Both the position numbers and the translations under genes were made by a program. A stretch of 64,000 bases of DNA from an uncultured bacterium. Its GTDB lineage: Bacteria; Patescibacteriota; Saccharimonadia; UBA4664. The stretch's first letter is position 1. Every line of letters begins with the position of its first letter. The stretch lies in NCBI GenBank assembly GCA_963720265.1, contig CAVRET010000001.1, positions 197,916 through 261,915 of the forward strand, read 5' to 3'. Of the stretch, positions 1-9,718 are shown one piece after another. Under the pieces are notes generated by a model that was given only the letters and a program-made list of their open reading frames with translations, did no database searches and was not told the DNA's origin.

Positions 1-686
1 TGATATGATCCGGCTGCCCGACGAATGAGGGCTTCGGCTGCCGTCTCCGTACCGGCCGCGGCAATGAATATGAGGTTGGCGCGCAATGGCGCTGTTTTGG
101 TCTTGGGTTCTGGCTCCTCCTTGTTTTCTGCATCCGGCTCGCCGGCCGTACCTAAAACGAGCTGCCTGGTCGAGGTTAAAAGCAGATCGCCCAGACCGTT
201 GACAGCCCTGGCGGTGAGCGTGGGCTTGGTGGCCGTTCCGGCTAGAATCAATCTGACAATGAGTGTTTCTGATGTCGGTACGGAGCTCAGCACTTCGAAT
301 AGGCCGGCGAGTGGGTCTGCGATAGTAAAATCGGGCTCGCGTAGGCTGGCTTCGGCCGGGGTAAATTCGAGCGCGGCCATAGTAATTGCGCGGGCCTTCG
401 GCTGGTCACGGTGGTCAAGTTGAGTGAGTTCACCGGCGGGATAGGCAGCATACAGCAGATGCGTCACCTCGGCTTGCCAGTCGGCCGGAGTTGTGATGAT
501 GGTACTCATGCTGCCGGCTTCGGCTGCAAACTCGAGACTGACGGCGTTCCCCGGTTGGCCATCGAGTAATCCAGCTAGTCCTGCCATGAGCGAGCTCGTT
601 GCTTCGAGGTGTTGCTTGGCGCCCAGTGCCTCAAGCGTAGTTGGCGCAGGCCGGAATTGAACGGCGATAAGCTCTGATGCCGTCAC
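1..686 (-). CDS. Hypothetical protein, 3'-truncated by the window edge. It is the fourth gene of the ClpB-like operon.
   Basis: The minus-strand frame stays open from a GTG at 686 to position 1 with no stop. The GTG overlaps the stop of the upstream 82-aa gene by 4 nt (GTGA). The track misses it because no stop lies inside the window. Confidence 0.45.
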   Translation of the reverse strand, partial: MTASELIAVQFRPAPTTLEALGAKQHLEATSSLMAGLAGLLDGQPGNAVSLEFAAEAGSMSTIITTPADWQAEVTHLLYAAYPAGELTQLDHRDQPKARAITMAALEFTPAEASLREPDFTIADPLAGLFEVLSSVPTSETLIVRLILAGTATKPTLTARAVNGLGDLLLTSTRQLVLGTAGEPDAENKEEPEPKTKTAPLRANLIFIAAAGTETAAEALIRRAAGSY

Positions 687-931
687 GCCGCATTCTCCAG
701 ATAATCTAACAGACCGACTTGGCCGGGTTCGCTCCCTACTCCCTGAGATCTCACCGGCGCCAGGTCGATGACGTTGCTTTCGACGCTGGCTGCCACTTGC
801 GGCGCGTCTGACGCTTCGAGCCCGGTATGTGGATCTGGCTCCGATACAATGAACACCCTTACGCTACCGCGCTCTGCGTGCAGGCGCTCGGTTGGCGGTT
901 GCTCCAGGGCTGGCGTTAAGAACTCATTCAT
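683..931 (-). CDS. Hypothetical 82-aa protein, third gene of the ClpB-like operon.
   Basis: ATGA overlap with the ClpB-like gene upstream and GTGA overlap with the gene downstream. No recognisable domain. Confidence 0.4.
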   Translation of the reverse strand: MNEFLTPALEQPPTERLHAERGSVRVFIVSEPDPHTGLEASDAPQVAASVESNVIDLAPVRSQGVGSEPGQVGLLDYLENAA

Positions 932-2673
932 GTGCTAGCTCCACCGGCGGTGAGCCAGGGCTCAGTGCCGGTGATGGTTAGTGGCCCGCGGAGGCGTCCG
1001 TGCAGCAGGGCCTGAGCAATCGGCGCCTCGAAGTGAGTGGCAATGAGGCGGCGGACCGGTCGGGCGCCAAAGAGCGGATCGGCCTCGGCGCCAAGCAGGC
1101 TTGCGAGCGTTGCATCGGGGACGGCAAAGGTGAGGTTGTGTGCGGACAGTCGGTTCTCAAGCGTGGCAAGTTCGCGTTGGGCGAGCGCCACGAGATGTGC
1201 GATGGCTAGCGGCCGAAATACCAGAACGGCGTCGAAGCGGTTGATGAATTCCGGGCGGTAGGTTTCGAGCAAGAGCGGCAAAAGGCGTTCGTGGATAAAT
1301 ACCGGGCTTGTGACATCGGTACCTGTGGCAGCCGATTTAGCAATCAGCGCAGAGCCGGTGTTGGAGGTGGCGAGCACGAGTGTGCTGGTGAAATCTACGG
1401 TGTGGCCGGCCGAATCGGTGAGGCGGCCGTCGTCGAGCAGTTGCAAAAACAGGTCGAAGACTTTGGGATGGGCTTTTTCGATCTCGTCGAGCAGGATGAG
1501 CGAATTGGGGTTGCGCATGACCGGCCCAGTGAGCTGGCCGCCGGCTTCGTAGCCGACGTAACCGGGCGGTGCGCCGATGACCCGGACCGCAGCGTGCTCC
1601 TGTGCATACTCGCTCATGTCCAGGCGAATAAGCGCGTACGGATTGTTGTAGTGGTATTCGGCGAGCGCTTTGGCGGTTTCGGTTTTGCCAACGCCGGAGG
1701 GACCGAGCAAGAGGAATGAGCCGCGCGGCTTAGTAGGGTCGGCGAGACCCAAGCCGGCCCGGGCGAGACCCGCGGCAATGGTGCCCATGGCACTGGGCTG
1801 GCCGATAACGCGGCTGGTTAGCTTGCGTTCAAGCTCAGCCAGGCCTTTGGGCTTTTGATGCAGACCGCTTAGGGGTAAGCGCTCGCGCTCGGATACGACA
1901 GCCTCGATATCATCGGCTGTTACCTCGGTGCCACCTTCCAGCGAGAGCTTAACGCATGTCTCTTCAAGTAAACGGATGGCAGCGTCGGGGTTAGAGCGGC
2001 CGTGGCCGAAGCGGCTGCCGTATTCGACGGCCTTGGCGATCGCTTGCGCCCTGATGGTTTGGTGATACAGCCGTTCCAGGCGGGGGCTGGTTTGGTCGAC
2101 CATGGCAATCAATGCGGCCGGCGTTGGGGTCTGCAGTTCGAGGGCGGTGAAGGTGCGACTAAACACGTAGTCGTCGTGGAGCAGACCGTGGTAGGCCTGG
2201 CTCGTGGTTGTCACAATGAGCCGAACGTTTGGTTGGGAGGCTAGGGCCTGGAGAACCGAGAGGGTAAGTTCGAGCCGCCCGGGGTCGCCGGCAGCCAGGA
2301 GCTGGATATCTTCAATCACCACTACAGCGCTTTGCAAGCGACCGGCGGCGGCCTGGAGCGCATCAAGGCAATCGTGTAGCGGATCACCGGCGGCCAAGAG
2401 TTGCTTAATGGGTTCGGTGGTGAGGCGGTACATTGTTGGTGCTAGTGGCCGATACTGATCCTGGTGCAGCCGCAGTGCCAGGGCCTCAGTGAGGCTGGTT
2501 TTGCCGCTGCCGGGCTCGGCCACCAGGGCAGCGTGCGGGCGGGTGGGATGGAGTAGGATGCGGGCGAGGCGTTCGAGCTCGGCGTCGCGCTCCACGATGT
2601 CCATCAACTTGCCGGCGCGGGCAGCCGAGATGAGGTCGTATAGCTTGAGCGAAATAGTGGTGCCGGTGTTCAT
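928..2673 (-). CDS. ClpA/ClpB-family AAA+ ATPase with two nucleotide-binding domains and no N-domain or coiled-coil M-domain. The D1 Walker B is degenerate.
   Basis: D1 Walker A is AEPGSGKTSLTEAL, but D1 Walker B reads VVVIEDIQ rather than hhhhDE. D2 is canonical: LLLGPSGVGKTETAKALA, LILLDEIEKAHP, ATSNTGS and RPEFINRFD, matching ClpB/ClpC D2 throughout. Confidence 0.8.
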   Translation of the reverse strand: MNTGTTISLKLYDLISAARAGKLMDIVERDAELERLARILLHPTRPHAALVAEPGSGKTSLTEALALRLHQDQYRPLAPTMYRLTTEPIKQLLAAGDPLHDCLDALQAAAGRLQSAVVVIEDIQLLAAGDPGRLELTLSVLQALASQPNVRLIVTTTSQAYHGLLHDDYVFSRTFTALELQTPTPAALIAMVDQTSPRLERLYHQTIRAQAIAKAVEYGSRFGHGRSNPDAAIRLLEETCVKLSLEGGTEVTADDIEAVVSERERLPLSGLHQKPKGLAELERKLTSRVIGQPSAMGTIAAGLARAGLGLADPTKPRGSFLLLGPSGVGKTETAKALAEYHYNNPYALIRLDMSEYAQEHAAVRVIGAPPGYVGYEAGGQLTGPVMRNPNSLILLDEIEKAHPKVFDLFLQLLDDGRLTDSAGHTVDFTSTLVLATSNTGSALIAKSAATGTDVTSPVFIHERLLPLLLETYRPEFINRFDAVLVFRPLAIAHLVALAQRELATLENRLSAHNLTFAVPDATLASLLGAEADPLFGARPVRRLIATHFEAPIAQALLHGRLRGPLTITGTEPWLTAGGAST

Positions 2674-4868
2674 GCCGCGGCCCTTAGTGTGCTAGCTGCT
2701 GGCCGGCGAGCGGGTTGGCGTTTGTGGGAGGTAGTATTGAACGTGATAACGATGTCTTCGCTGTCGTCATTATCGCCGGCCTGAACCTGGTTTTGTGAGG
2801 AACTAAGTTGCTCATGACGAGCAAGCCTTCCAACCCTGCTGGGAATGCGTATTGCAGTTGGGTCTGATTTTGGTTGTGAGCTTGCTTGGGCGCCGCCGAT
2901 GTCTTCCGGGCGAAAACTAAAGTCGGTTAGCCAGTCGTGCGCAGCATCCTGGCTCTGACCGGCGGCATGATCAACCGCAGTGTGTCCAGCCGCATCTTCG
3001 ACTGGCTCGACGCCGACGTACAGGAGGGTTTCTTGTTCGGAGGCGGCCGCTTGGGTAATGGCTTCCTCGGCGGCCGTAGCCTCTGTCTCTACCTTGGCCT
3101 GCGTTAAGCTAATTCCCGTATCAGCTGGCGGAATCATGGCTTCTGTCTCGACCGGCACTTTAGCGACGACGACTTGCGCTATGGTTTCGTGCTGTGCCGG
3201 TGCAATTTGCACCTCAGATACAACGGGCGGGGCGGCCTCCTTGAGCACAGCTTCGTTTAGGTCGGGGTTTTTAACCTGGTGCGCTTCCAGTGCCGCCTCA
3301 ACGGTGGGCGCAGGAACGTCGACGGCCTCCGCCGACACAGCCTCGACACCGTCGATATCCTCATCCTGGACCGCGCCTTCTATGTTGTCGGCCGCAGGCA
3401 AGCTGGTATCTTCATTCGTGAAGGTTCGCTCAGGAGAACTCTGAGAGTCTTGTTTTGGCGTCTCTCCGATAACGGCGGCGGGCTGATCCGGTACGGCATG
3501 TACCTCGGGTGGCTTTACGGGCGGCTCAAGCTTCGGTTGGGGCGGCGCCTCTAGCCTCGGTCCGCTGTTGTCCAGCGCGAGTGAAGGTGCGGGTGTCGGC
3601 GGCTTGGGCGTCATTGTTTCCGCAGGTCGTGCGGCGGTTTTTGCTATATTGACCGCCATAGGTGGCTGCTCGTCAGAGGGACCGGCGTCATGAGGATCTA
3701 CTGCAGGCGCATTATTTTGGGGCTCCCCTACTTTTCCGTACGCTCGTGCCGGAGATGGCTCGCTTAGTGGCAGTGGGGTATACAGCTCAGGCGATACGGC
3801 CTTCGGGCTGGGTGCGGCTGGATTTGGATGGGGTTTGGGCGCCTGCTTGCCCGCATCGGCCGGCCGTGGCAGCTGATAGGCTTCCTGTTCGGGCCGAACC
3901 GGTACCGGCAAGGGGTCTTGAGCAACGGCATGGCCTGCGGCCGGCATGGCCTGATTAGGAACGGTGGGTGCCTTTGGAACCGGTGTGGCCGCGTAGATCG
4001 CTTGGAGCGTAAGCGGTTCAACGTGCTCTCCCATCTCCTGTTCATCACTGTCCTCATGGTTTTTCGCTGGTTCCGGCACCGGCGGTTTAGCTGTCTCGAC
4101 TACGACCGGGGGCGGGAGTTCTGACGGCACGAATTCGTTCGGCGCCGCAGTTGACCCACCGTTAGAGCTGCTTTCCTCGACGAGAGCTTGGATATCGGCC
4201 GATTCTGAGTCCGTCCGGATGTCGTTGTCTGCTTGATCTGCTTGAACGGTAGTAAGGGTATCATTGGCAAGGATAGCATCATGATATTCGTCGCCACCCC
4301 CTTCTACCGGGTCTTCGGTTGGCTCTTTTTCGTTCACCATTTGGCCGGTCATGATAACGAAGCTGTCACGGGTGCGCAGGTATGTGGTGATGGAAATTAT
4401 TTCATTACCCTCTTCGTCCGTTTTGGTGCGAGTTTTAACAACGGGCTCGTCACCCGGCTGCAGGGCCATGATTTCGTCTTGTAGATCCGCGTCGTGGCCG
4501 AGAATTGCATCGAGCTCGAGGTTGATTGTAACGGCTTCGCCGTTTTCCTCAGTGTCATACTTCGAGCCCCAGCTTTGCTCGCCGGCATTGTTAGTCTGGA
4601 GCTTAAAGTGAAGAGAGGCATTCATGGTTGCACCGGCCAACTCCGGCATGGTCTCGACGTGCTCCCGGAGCGTGGTCTCATCGTCTTTACGCTCGAGTTC
4701 ATCAAGAAGATCAGGCACCGGCTCCGGGTTACTGCCAGCCTCCGGCATTGCCCCTATGTCCGCCTCAGGATCGTATCGGCCGGACTCCAGCGGATCGATT
4801 TCGCCAGCGTCGAGTTCAGCCGTCATCTCCTCTTGATAGCCGGTGAGCATTTCAGCGGCTGATCCCAT
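2670..4868 (-). CDS. Acidic, proline-rich, largely low-complexity protein (about 732 aa) with a roughly 170-aa N-terminal domain. First gene of the operon.
   Basis: The start was re-assigned to ATG 4868 (MGSAAEM...), which sits 6 nt after a GAGGGAG Shine-Dalgarno; the track start at 5045 is an upstream extension. Its stop overlaps the ClpB-like start (ATGA). Composition is dominated by E/D/P/A. Confidence 0.6.
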   Translation of the reverse strand: MGSAAEMLTGYQEEMTAELDAGEIDPLESGRYDPEADIGAMPEAGSNPEPVPDLLDELERKDDETTLREHVETMPELAGATMNASLHFKLQTNNAGEQSWGSKYDTEENGEAVTINLELDAILGHDADLQDEIMALQPGDEPVVKTRTKTDEEGNEIISITTYLRTRDSFVIMTGQMVNEKEPTEDPVEGGGDEYHDAILANDTLTTVQADQADNDIRTDSESADIQALVEESSSNGGSTAAPNEFVPSELPPPVVVETAKPPVPEPAKNHEDSDEQEMGEHVEPLTLQAIYAATPVPKAPTVPNQAMPAAGHAVAQDPLPVPVRPEQEAYQLPRPADAGKQAPKPHPNPAAPSPKAVSPELYTPLPLSEPSPARAYGKVGEPQNNAPAVDPHDAGPSDEQPPMAVNIAKTAARPAETMTPKPPTPAPSLALDNSGPRLEAPPQPKLEPPVKPPEVHAVPDQPAAVIGETPKQDSQSSPERTFTNEDTSLPAADNIEGAVQDEDIDGVEAVSAEAVDVPAPTVEAALEAHQVKNPDLNEAVLKEAAPPVVSEVQIAPAQHETIAQVVVAKVPVETEAMIPPADTGISLTQAKVETEATAAEEAITQAAASEQETLLYVGVEPVEDAAGHTAVDHAAGQSQDAAHDWLTDFSFRPEDIGGAQASSQPKSDPTAIRIPSRVGRLARHEQLSSSQNQVQAGDNDDSEDIVITFNTTSHKRQPARRPAASTLRAAA

Positions 4869-5121
4869 AAAAACTCCCTCTTTGCACATGCTTGTCGTTG
4901 CTAAGAGGGGCCTACCATTGGCGTTTCCACTTCTCTTTGCGGCGAAGAGCGCGTGAACACTAACTTCTGCGGCCGCCGGTTTTCTGGCTATAACAGTTGC
5001 GCGACAGTGAGGGAGTTTCACCCTGCTTGCCCGGTTTGGCTGCAAAATTACTCTTATGTTGTGGTCTTACAATAGCAATCCACAAGATGTGGGTCAATGC
5101 TTATGTTTTGAGCAATTTAGG

Positions 5122-5748
5122 TTATGGCTGCGTGGCATGCACGGCGGTAACGGTCCAGCCTGGGCAAGCCTGGGCGGCAAACTTGGTAGTGAGGAAGCTG
5201 GTTTGGCCGGGTGGGAAGACTTTTAGGCTCGTAGAAGTATCGCTGCAGGCGCCTGGATTGTAATTGCCCGGATTCGGCAGCCCTAGCGTTGCATAAGCGG
5301 CCAGACCTGGGTCTAAGGTGAGGCTGGTAACAGGGCTGACCGTGTCGCGGTTGGCGGCCGGCCCGAGCTGCGTGCCAGCGTCATTTACGAGCGAAACACC
5401 CGGGTAGCCGGACATCGTACAGCCCTGCTGGCTGCCGTTGGTGAGCGACAGAGTGTAATATTGCGTGCCGGCTGCGCCGCTGCCGGGCAGTACGTTGGCG
5501 GTTAGCTGGCTGGCCGTGCAGGCGCTGAGCCCGGCCGTGGGCGAAGGCGCTGCTTTGGCCGAAGCAGCGGGCGCGGCTTTTTGGTTCGCAACCGGCGTTG
5601 GGCTTGGTGTAGGCTTGGAGCTACTGCCAAACCCGGATGCCAGCAGCAAGAGTACCGCGGCCACAGCTATAACGCCGGCGATAATCCAACCGGGGCTGGT
5701 CGAGAGATTCGCCTGGTGCGGTGGTGGGGATTTTGGTGGTTCGTCCAT
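5122..5748 (-). CDS. DUF4232-family exported or membrane-anchored protein.
   Basis: Pro/Ala-rich N-terminus with one transmembrane helix, then the typical DUF4232 core (CTASQL...GSGAAGTQYYTLSLTN...C...GYPGVSL). Confidence 0.55.
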   Translation of the reverse strand: MDEPPKSPPPHQANLSTSPGWIIAGVIAVAAVLLLLASGFGSSSKPTPSPTPVANQKAAPAASAKAAPSPTAGLSACTASQLTANVLPGSGAAGTQYYTLSLTNGSQQGCTMSGYPGVSLVNDAGTQLGPAANRDTVSPVTSLTLDPGLAAYATLGLPNPGNYNPGACSDTSTSLKVFPPGQTSFLTTKFAAQACPGWTVTAVHATQP

Positions 5749-5770
5749 TATGGCTCCATTATCCGCTGGA

Positions 5771-7129
5771 TCAACGCGGAATCAAAGTGTAGAACATGGC
5801 CAGTGCCGAAGCTGCCATGGCTGCGAATGCGATCCAGATCATGGTGCGCGACAGCCAGCCGCCGCGGTGGTCGCCCATAATGTGTTGGTTGGCGTTGATA
5901 CGGGCGATGAGGAAAACGAGTGGTACGGCGGCCACGCCGTTGAAAACGGCAGTGAAGATGAGTGCTTTGATCGGGTTGATACCCATGAAATTAATGCTTA
6001 AGCCAAGCAGTGTGGCAACCGCGATAACGCCGTAAAAGCCCTTGGCTTTGCTAAATTTGCGATATAACCCCTGTTTCCAGCCAAAGGCCTCCGATAGCGC
6101 ATAGGCGGCGGACCCGGCCAATACCGGCACGCCCAGGAGGCCTAGGCCGACGACGCCGACGGCAAAGATGTCTTTGGCAACTTGGCCGGAATCGGGAAAT
6201 GATTTCACCAGCGGCTGCAGGGCTTTAGCGGCGTCGGCGGCGGTTGCGATGTTGGTTATCCCATGGCTAAATAGCACCGTGGCCGTAGTAATTATGATGA
6301 ACCACTGCGTAATCTCGGACGCGAACATACCGACGGTGGTATCAACGCGCAAGTCGCGCAGAAATTTGTGAGTCAGCCGGGGGATGCCGCCGCGTTGTGC
6401 CACCATCTTGGCCGCAATCTCCTCCTCCACTTCACCGGAGGCTTGCCAGAAAAACATATAGGGCGAAATGGTGGTGCCAAACACACCCGTGATAATGAAC
6501 AAGAAGGCGAATGTGAATTGAATATGCGGGATAACGGTGGCGCGGAAAATCTCGCCCCACGGCTCATGCACGATAAGTGCGGTCAGCGGGTACGACAAGA
6601 GTGCGAGCGACAGCCACTTAAGTAGCTTGGCGTAGTTTTTGTAGCTAACAAAGATTTCGAGCAACACGATGAGGATCGCGAACCCGACAGCCAGCCAAGG
6701 CGTGGGGACGTTAATTACAAGGTGGGCTGACGCAGCGATAGCTCCGATGTCGGCGCCGAGATTGATGGTATTGGCGGCGGCGACCAGAAAAACCACGAAG
6801 AACAGGAGTTTGCGGCTATAATTGTCCTTTACAACGCCGGCCAATCCCCGGCCGGTGACGGCTCCGATGCGGGCGCAGGCCTCTTGCACGCCGATCAGGA
6901 GCGGCAGCAGGTAAAGTGCGGTCCAAAGCTGGCCGTAGCCGAATTGCGCGCCGGTTTGCGAATAGGTAGCAATGCCGGACGGGTCGTCGTCGGCCGCGCC
7001 GGTGATAAGGCCCGGGCCCAGAATAGTCAGGAACCGGCCAAATTTGAGCTTGTGAATAACGGCCACGCCGGGAATGCCACCATGGACGGGCCCCTTGGTT
7101 GCCGCTTTCTTGCCGTTCGCCATGTGCAA
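5771..7129 (-). CDS. mntH: NRAMP-family divalent metal (Mn2+/Fe2+) transporter MntH.
   Basis: GPGLITGAADDDPSGIATYSQTGAQFGYGQLW signature and about 11 TM segments. Confidence 0.85.
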   Translation of the reverse strand: MHMANGKKAATKGPVHGGIPGVAVIHKLKFGRFLTILGPGLITGAADDDPSGIATYSQTGAQFGYGQLWTALYLLPLLIGVQEACARIGAVTGRGLAGVVKDNYSRKLLFFVVFLVAAANTINLGADIGAIAASAHLVINVPTPWLAVGFAILIVLLEIFVSYKNYAKLLKWLSLALLSYPLTALIVHEPWGEIFRATVIPHIQFTFAFLFIITGVFGTTISPYMFFWQASGEVEEEIAAKMVAQRGGIPRLTHKFLRDLRVDTTVGMFASEITQWFIIITTATVLFSHGITNIATAADAAKALQPLVKSFPDSGQVAKDIFAVGVVGLGLLGVPVLAGSAAYALSEAFGWKQGLYRKFSKAKGFYGVIAVATLLGLSINFMGINPIKALIFTAVFNGVAAVPLVFLIARINANQHIMGDHRGGWLSRTMIWIAFAAMAASALAMFYTLIPR

Positions 7130-7149
7130 ACAGTATCAAAGCATAACCG

Positions 7150-7179
7150 TTAAGCGCAAGCAGCGTATCAGGTTATAAT
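7150..7179 (+). promoter_or_regulatory. Putative sigma70-like promoter of mgtA. It appears to give a leaderless transcript.
   Basis: TTAAGC, 18-nt spacer, TATAAT, then the ATG at 7188 only 8 nt after the -10 box. No Shine-Dalgarno and no long leader. Confidence 0.3.
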
Positions 7180-7187
7180 GCTTATGT

Positions 7188-9620
7188 ATGGCAGTAGCGC
7201 TTGAATATAACGGTCTTTCGAGTCGGGAAGCCCATCGGCGCCTTGAGCACGACGGGCCGAATGTAGTTGTCAGCCAAACCGAACTTACCGGCGTGCGGGC
7301 CTTCGCGCGTCAATTTGCCAACCCCCTGATTGTAATCTTACTTGTGTCGGCGGGGCTGGCGTTTGCACTTGGCGATCACGTTAGTTCGACAATTATTGTT
7401 ATCATCGTGCTGATTTCGGGTGTGCTGCAATTCGTTAATACTTACAAGTCGCAACAAGCGGCTGAGGCGCTGCGCGACCGAGTACGGATTTCGGCCTCGG
7501 TGTTGCGCGACGGCCACACGCAAGAAGTGCCGCTGGCCGACATTGTGAAGGGTGATCTCGTTCAGCTCAAGGCCGGCTCGATTATCCCGGCCGACGGCAA
7601 AGTTCTTACCGGAGAGCATCTCTATACAAATGAGTCGGCACTGACGGGCGAAAGTTTCCCCCAGGCGAAGGAGCCAGGTGGCCCGTTGTATATGGGCTCG
7701 AGTGCGGTTAGTGGCAACGCAGTTATGGAGGTGACAGCCACGGGGACGGCGACGAAATTCAGCCACATTGCGCAGACGCTGGCGGGGCGTGAGGAGCTGA
7801 CTGAGTTTGACCGTGAGATTCGCGATTTTAGTTTGCTGATTGTCAAAATCACGTTTGGACTGGTGGTGTTTATTTTTGCCGTTAATGCGATATTCAAGCA
7901 CGAAATTTTGGATGCGCTGCTGTTTAGCTTGGCGCTGGCGGTGGGGCTGACACCCGAGCTTTTGCCTATGATTATTACGCTCAATCTAACAAAAGGGTCG
8001 CTGGCCATGGCAAAGCGTAACGTGATCGTTAAAAAGCTGGCGTCAATTCAGAATTTTGGCAGTATGGATGTGCTATGCACGGACAAGACCGGCACGCTCA
8101 CCGAAGACCGGATTGTGCTTGTAAAGCATGTGGACGGCAACGGGCATGATTCTGCCAATGTTTTGCTCCTGTCGTATTTGAGCAGCCTGTATACCACAAC
8201 CTACGACAACCCCCTTGATAAAGCCATTCGTAATTATCACAGGCTTGACATCTCGGCGTACCACAAGCTTGATGAAATTCCCTTTGATTTTGAGCGCAAG
8301 CGCGATTCGATCGTGGTGAAGCATGGTGCGCGTCGGTTGCTTATTACCAAGGGTGCGCCGGAAGAGGTCATCAAGATTTGTAGACATTATGAAACCGAGC
8401 ATCATCGGTTTGACGCAGATCGCAGGAAAGCGGTGGCAGCTGAATACGAGGCGCTGAGCCAGGATGGTTTCCGCGTGCTGGCCGTGGCGGCGCGGGAGGT
8501 TGATGAACAAAAGGATTACACGCCGGCCGTTGAGACGGATATGGCGTTTGTGGGCTTTGTGGCGTTTTTGGATCCGGCTAAATCCAGCGTGTCGCAAACG
8601 CTTAAGCGCATGCGTACGTATGGCGTAGGTATCAAGATTATCACCGGCGACAACGGGCTCGTGAGCCGAAAGATTGCCCAGGACATTGGACTTGAAGTTA
8701 CTGGTTTACTTGAAGGCGCTGAAATTGAGGGGCTCAACGATCTTGAGCTGTCGGCTAAACTTGAAGAAACAACGATTTTTGCGCGCGTTAATCCAGAGCA
8801 AAAGATGCGCATCATAAAACTGCTGAAGCGGGCGGGGCATGTGGTCGGCTACATGGGCGACGGCATAAACGATGCGCCGTCGCTGTACACGGCCGACGTC
8901 GGCATTTCGGTCAACAACGCCGTGGATGTGGCTAAGGAAACGGCCGATCTTATCTTGATCCGCAAGAGTTTGGAGGATTTGATCGAGGGCGTAATCGAAG
9001 GTCGTAAGACCTATGCCAATACGCTCAAGTATCTGAAAATGGCGTTGAGTTCGAACTTTGGTAACATGTTTTCCATGGCTGGGGCCTCGATTTTCCTGCC
9101 GTTTCTGCCCATGCTGGCGCCGCAGATTCTGTTTAACAACTTGTTGTATGACGGTTCGCAGTTCGCGATTCCGCTGGACGGCGTTGATCCGGATGACATC
9201 GTGCGACCACACAAGCTAAGCATGAAATCGATCAAGAAGTTTATGTGGGTGTTTGGGCCACTCTCCAGTGTGTTTGACGTAATTACGTTCGTAGTGCTGT
9301 TGGTGGTGTTTGGATATGCGGGCAGTCGGTTTCAGACCGGCTGGTTTATTGAGTCGATTGCGACCCAGGCGTTTGTGGTGTATGTGATCCGGACCAAGCG
9401 GCTGCCGTTTGTGCAGAGCCGGCCGAGCAACTACCTATTGGCGAGTACGGTTGCAGTTGTGGTGATTGGCTGGCTGGTGGCGCTTGGTCCGATAGGGGCG
9501 GCGTTTAAGTTCACTCCCCTATCGGTACAGGCGGATTTGGCGATGCTCGGCATTGTGGCAGTTTACTTGGTGGTGACTGAGTTCGTGAAGCGAGTGTTTT
9601 TCCGCCACGTGGTACTGTAG
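7188..9620 (+). CDS. mgtA: P-type ATPase, Mg2+-importing MgtA/MgtB type (P3B).
   Basis: DKTGTLTEDRI phosphorylation motif, TGES, and GDGINDAPSL hinge. About 10 TM segments, 810 aa. Confidence 0.75.
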   Translation: MAVALEYNGLSSREAHRRLEHDGPNVVVSQTELTGVRAFARQFANPLIVILLVSAGLAFALGDHVSSTIIVIIVLISGVLQFVNTYKSQQAAEALRDRVRISASVLRDGHTQEVPLADIVKGDLVQLKAGSIIPADGKVLTGEHLYTNESALTGESFPQAKEPGGPLYMGSSAVSGNAVMEVTATGTATKFSHIAQTLAGREELTEFDREIRDFSLLIVKITFGLVVFIFAVNAIFKHEILDALLFSLALAVGLTPELLPMIITLNLTKGSLAMAKRNVIVKKLASIQNFGSMDVLCTDKTGTLTEDRIVLVKHVDGNGHDSANVLLLSYLSSLYTTTYDNPLDKAIRNYHRLDISAYHKLDEIPFDFERKRDSIVVKHGARRLLITKGAPEEVIKICRHYETEHHRFDADRRKAVAAEYEALSQDGFRVLAVAAREVDEQKDYTPAVETDMAFVGFVAFLDPAKSSVSQTLKRMRTYGVGIKIITGDNGLVSRKIAQDIGLEVTGLLEGAEIEGLNDLELSAKLEETTIFARVNPEQKMRIIKLLKRAGHVVGYMGDGINDAPSLYTADVGISVNNAVDVAKETADLILIRKSLEDLIEGVIEGRKTYANTLKYLKMALSSNFGNMFSMAGASIFLPFLPMLAPQILFNNLLYDGSQFAIPLDGVDPDDIVRPHKLSMKSIKKFMWVFGPLSSVFDVITFVVLLVVFGYAGSRFQTGWFIESIATQAFVVYVIRTKRLPFVQSRPSNYLLASTVAVVVIGWLVALGPIGAAFKFTPLSVQADLAMLGIVAVYLVVTEFVKRVFFRHVVL

Positions 9621-9718
9621 CCGACCTAGGCTATCTGTTCAAACCTGTCAGCCGGCGGTATGCTTATTGGTACCCGTTCGAACGAGTCGAACTACGAGCT
9701 CGTTGAGAGAGAGGTCTA

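Noticed and set aside
25-423. 132-aa plus-strand ORF at the window start, and many other 60-150-aa ORFs in the track (e.g. 978-1169, 1291-1719, 2980-3444, 14094-14567, 16546-17109, 21260-22017).
   Set aside because: They lie antisense to, or out of frame within, well-supported genes. They are Ala/Arg/Pro/Ser-rich with no start signals, which are the typical shadow ORFs of a high-GC genome where stop codons are rare.
4869-5045. CIRCE/HAIR heat-shock operator upstream of the ClpB-like operon.
   Set aside because: No TTAGCACTC-N9-GAGTGCTAA or CTTGAGT-N7-ACTCAAG match. Only a weak 4-bp inverted repeat (AGGG..CCCT) is present.
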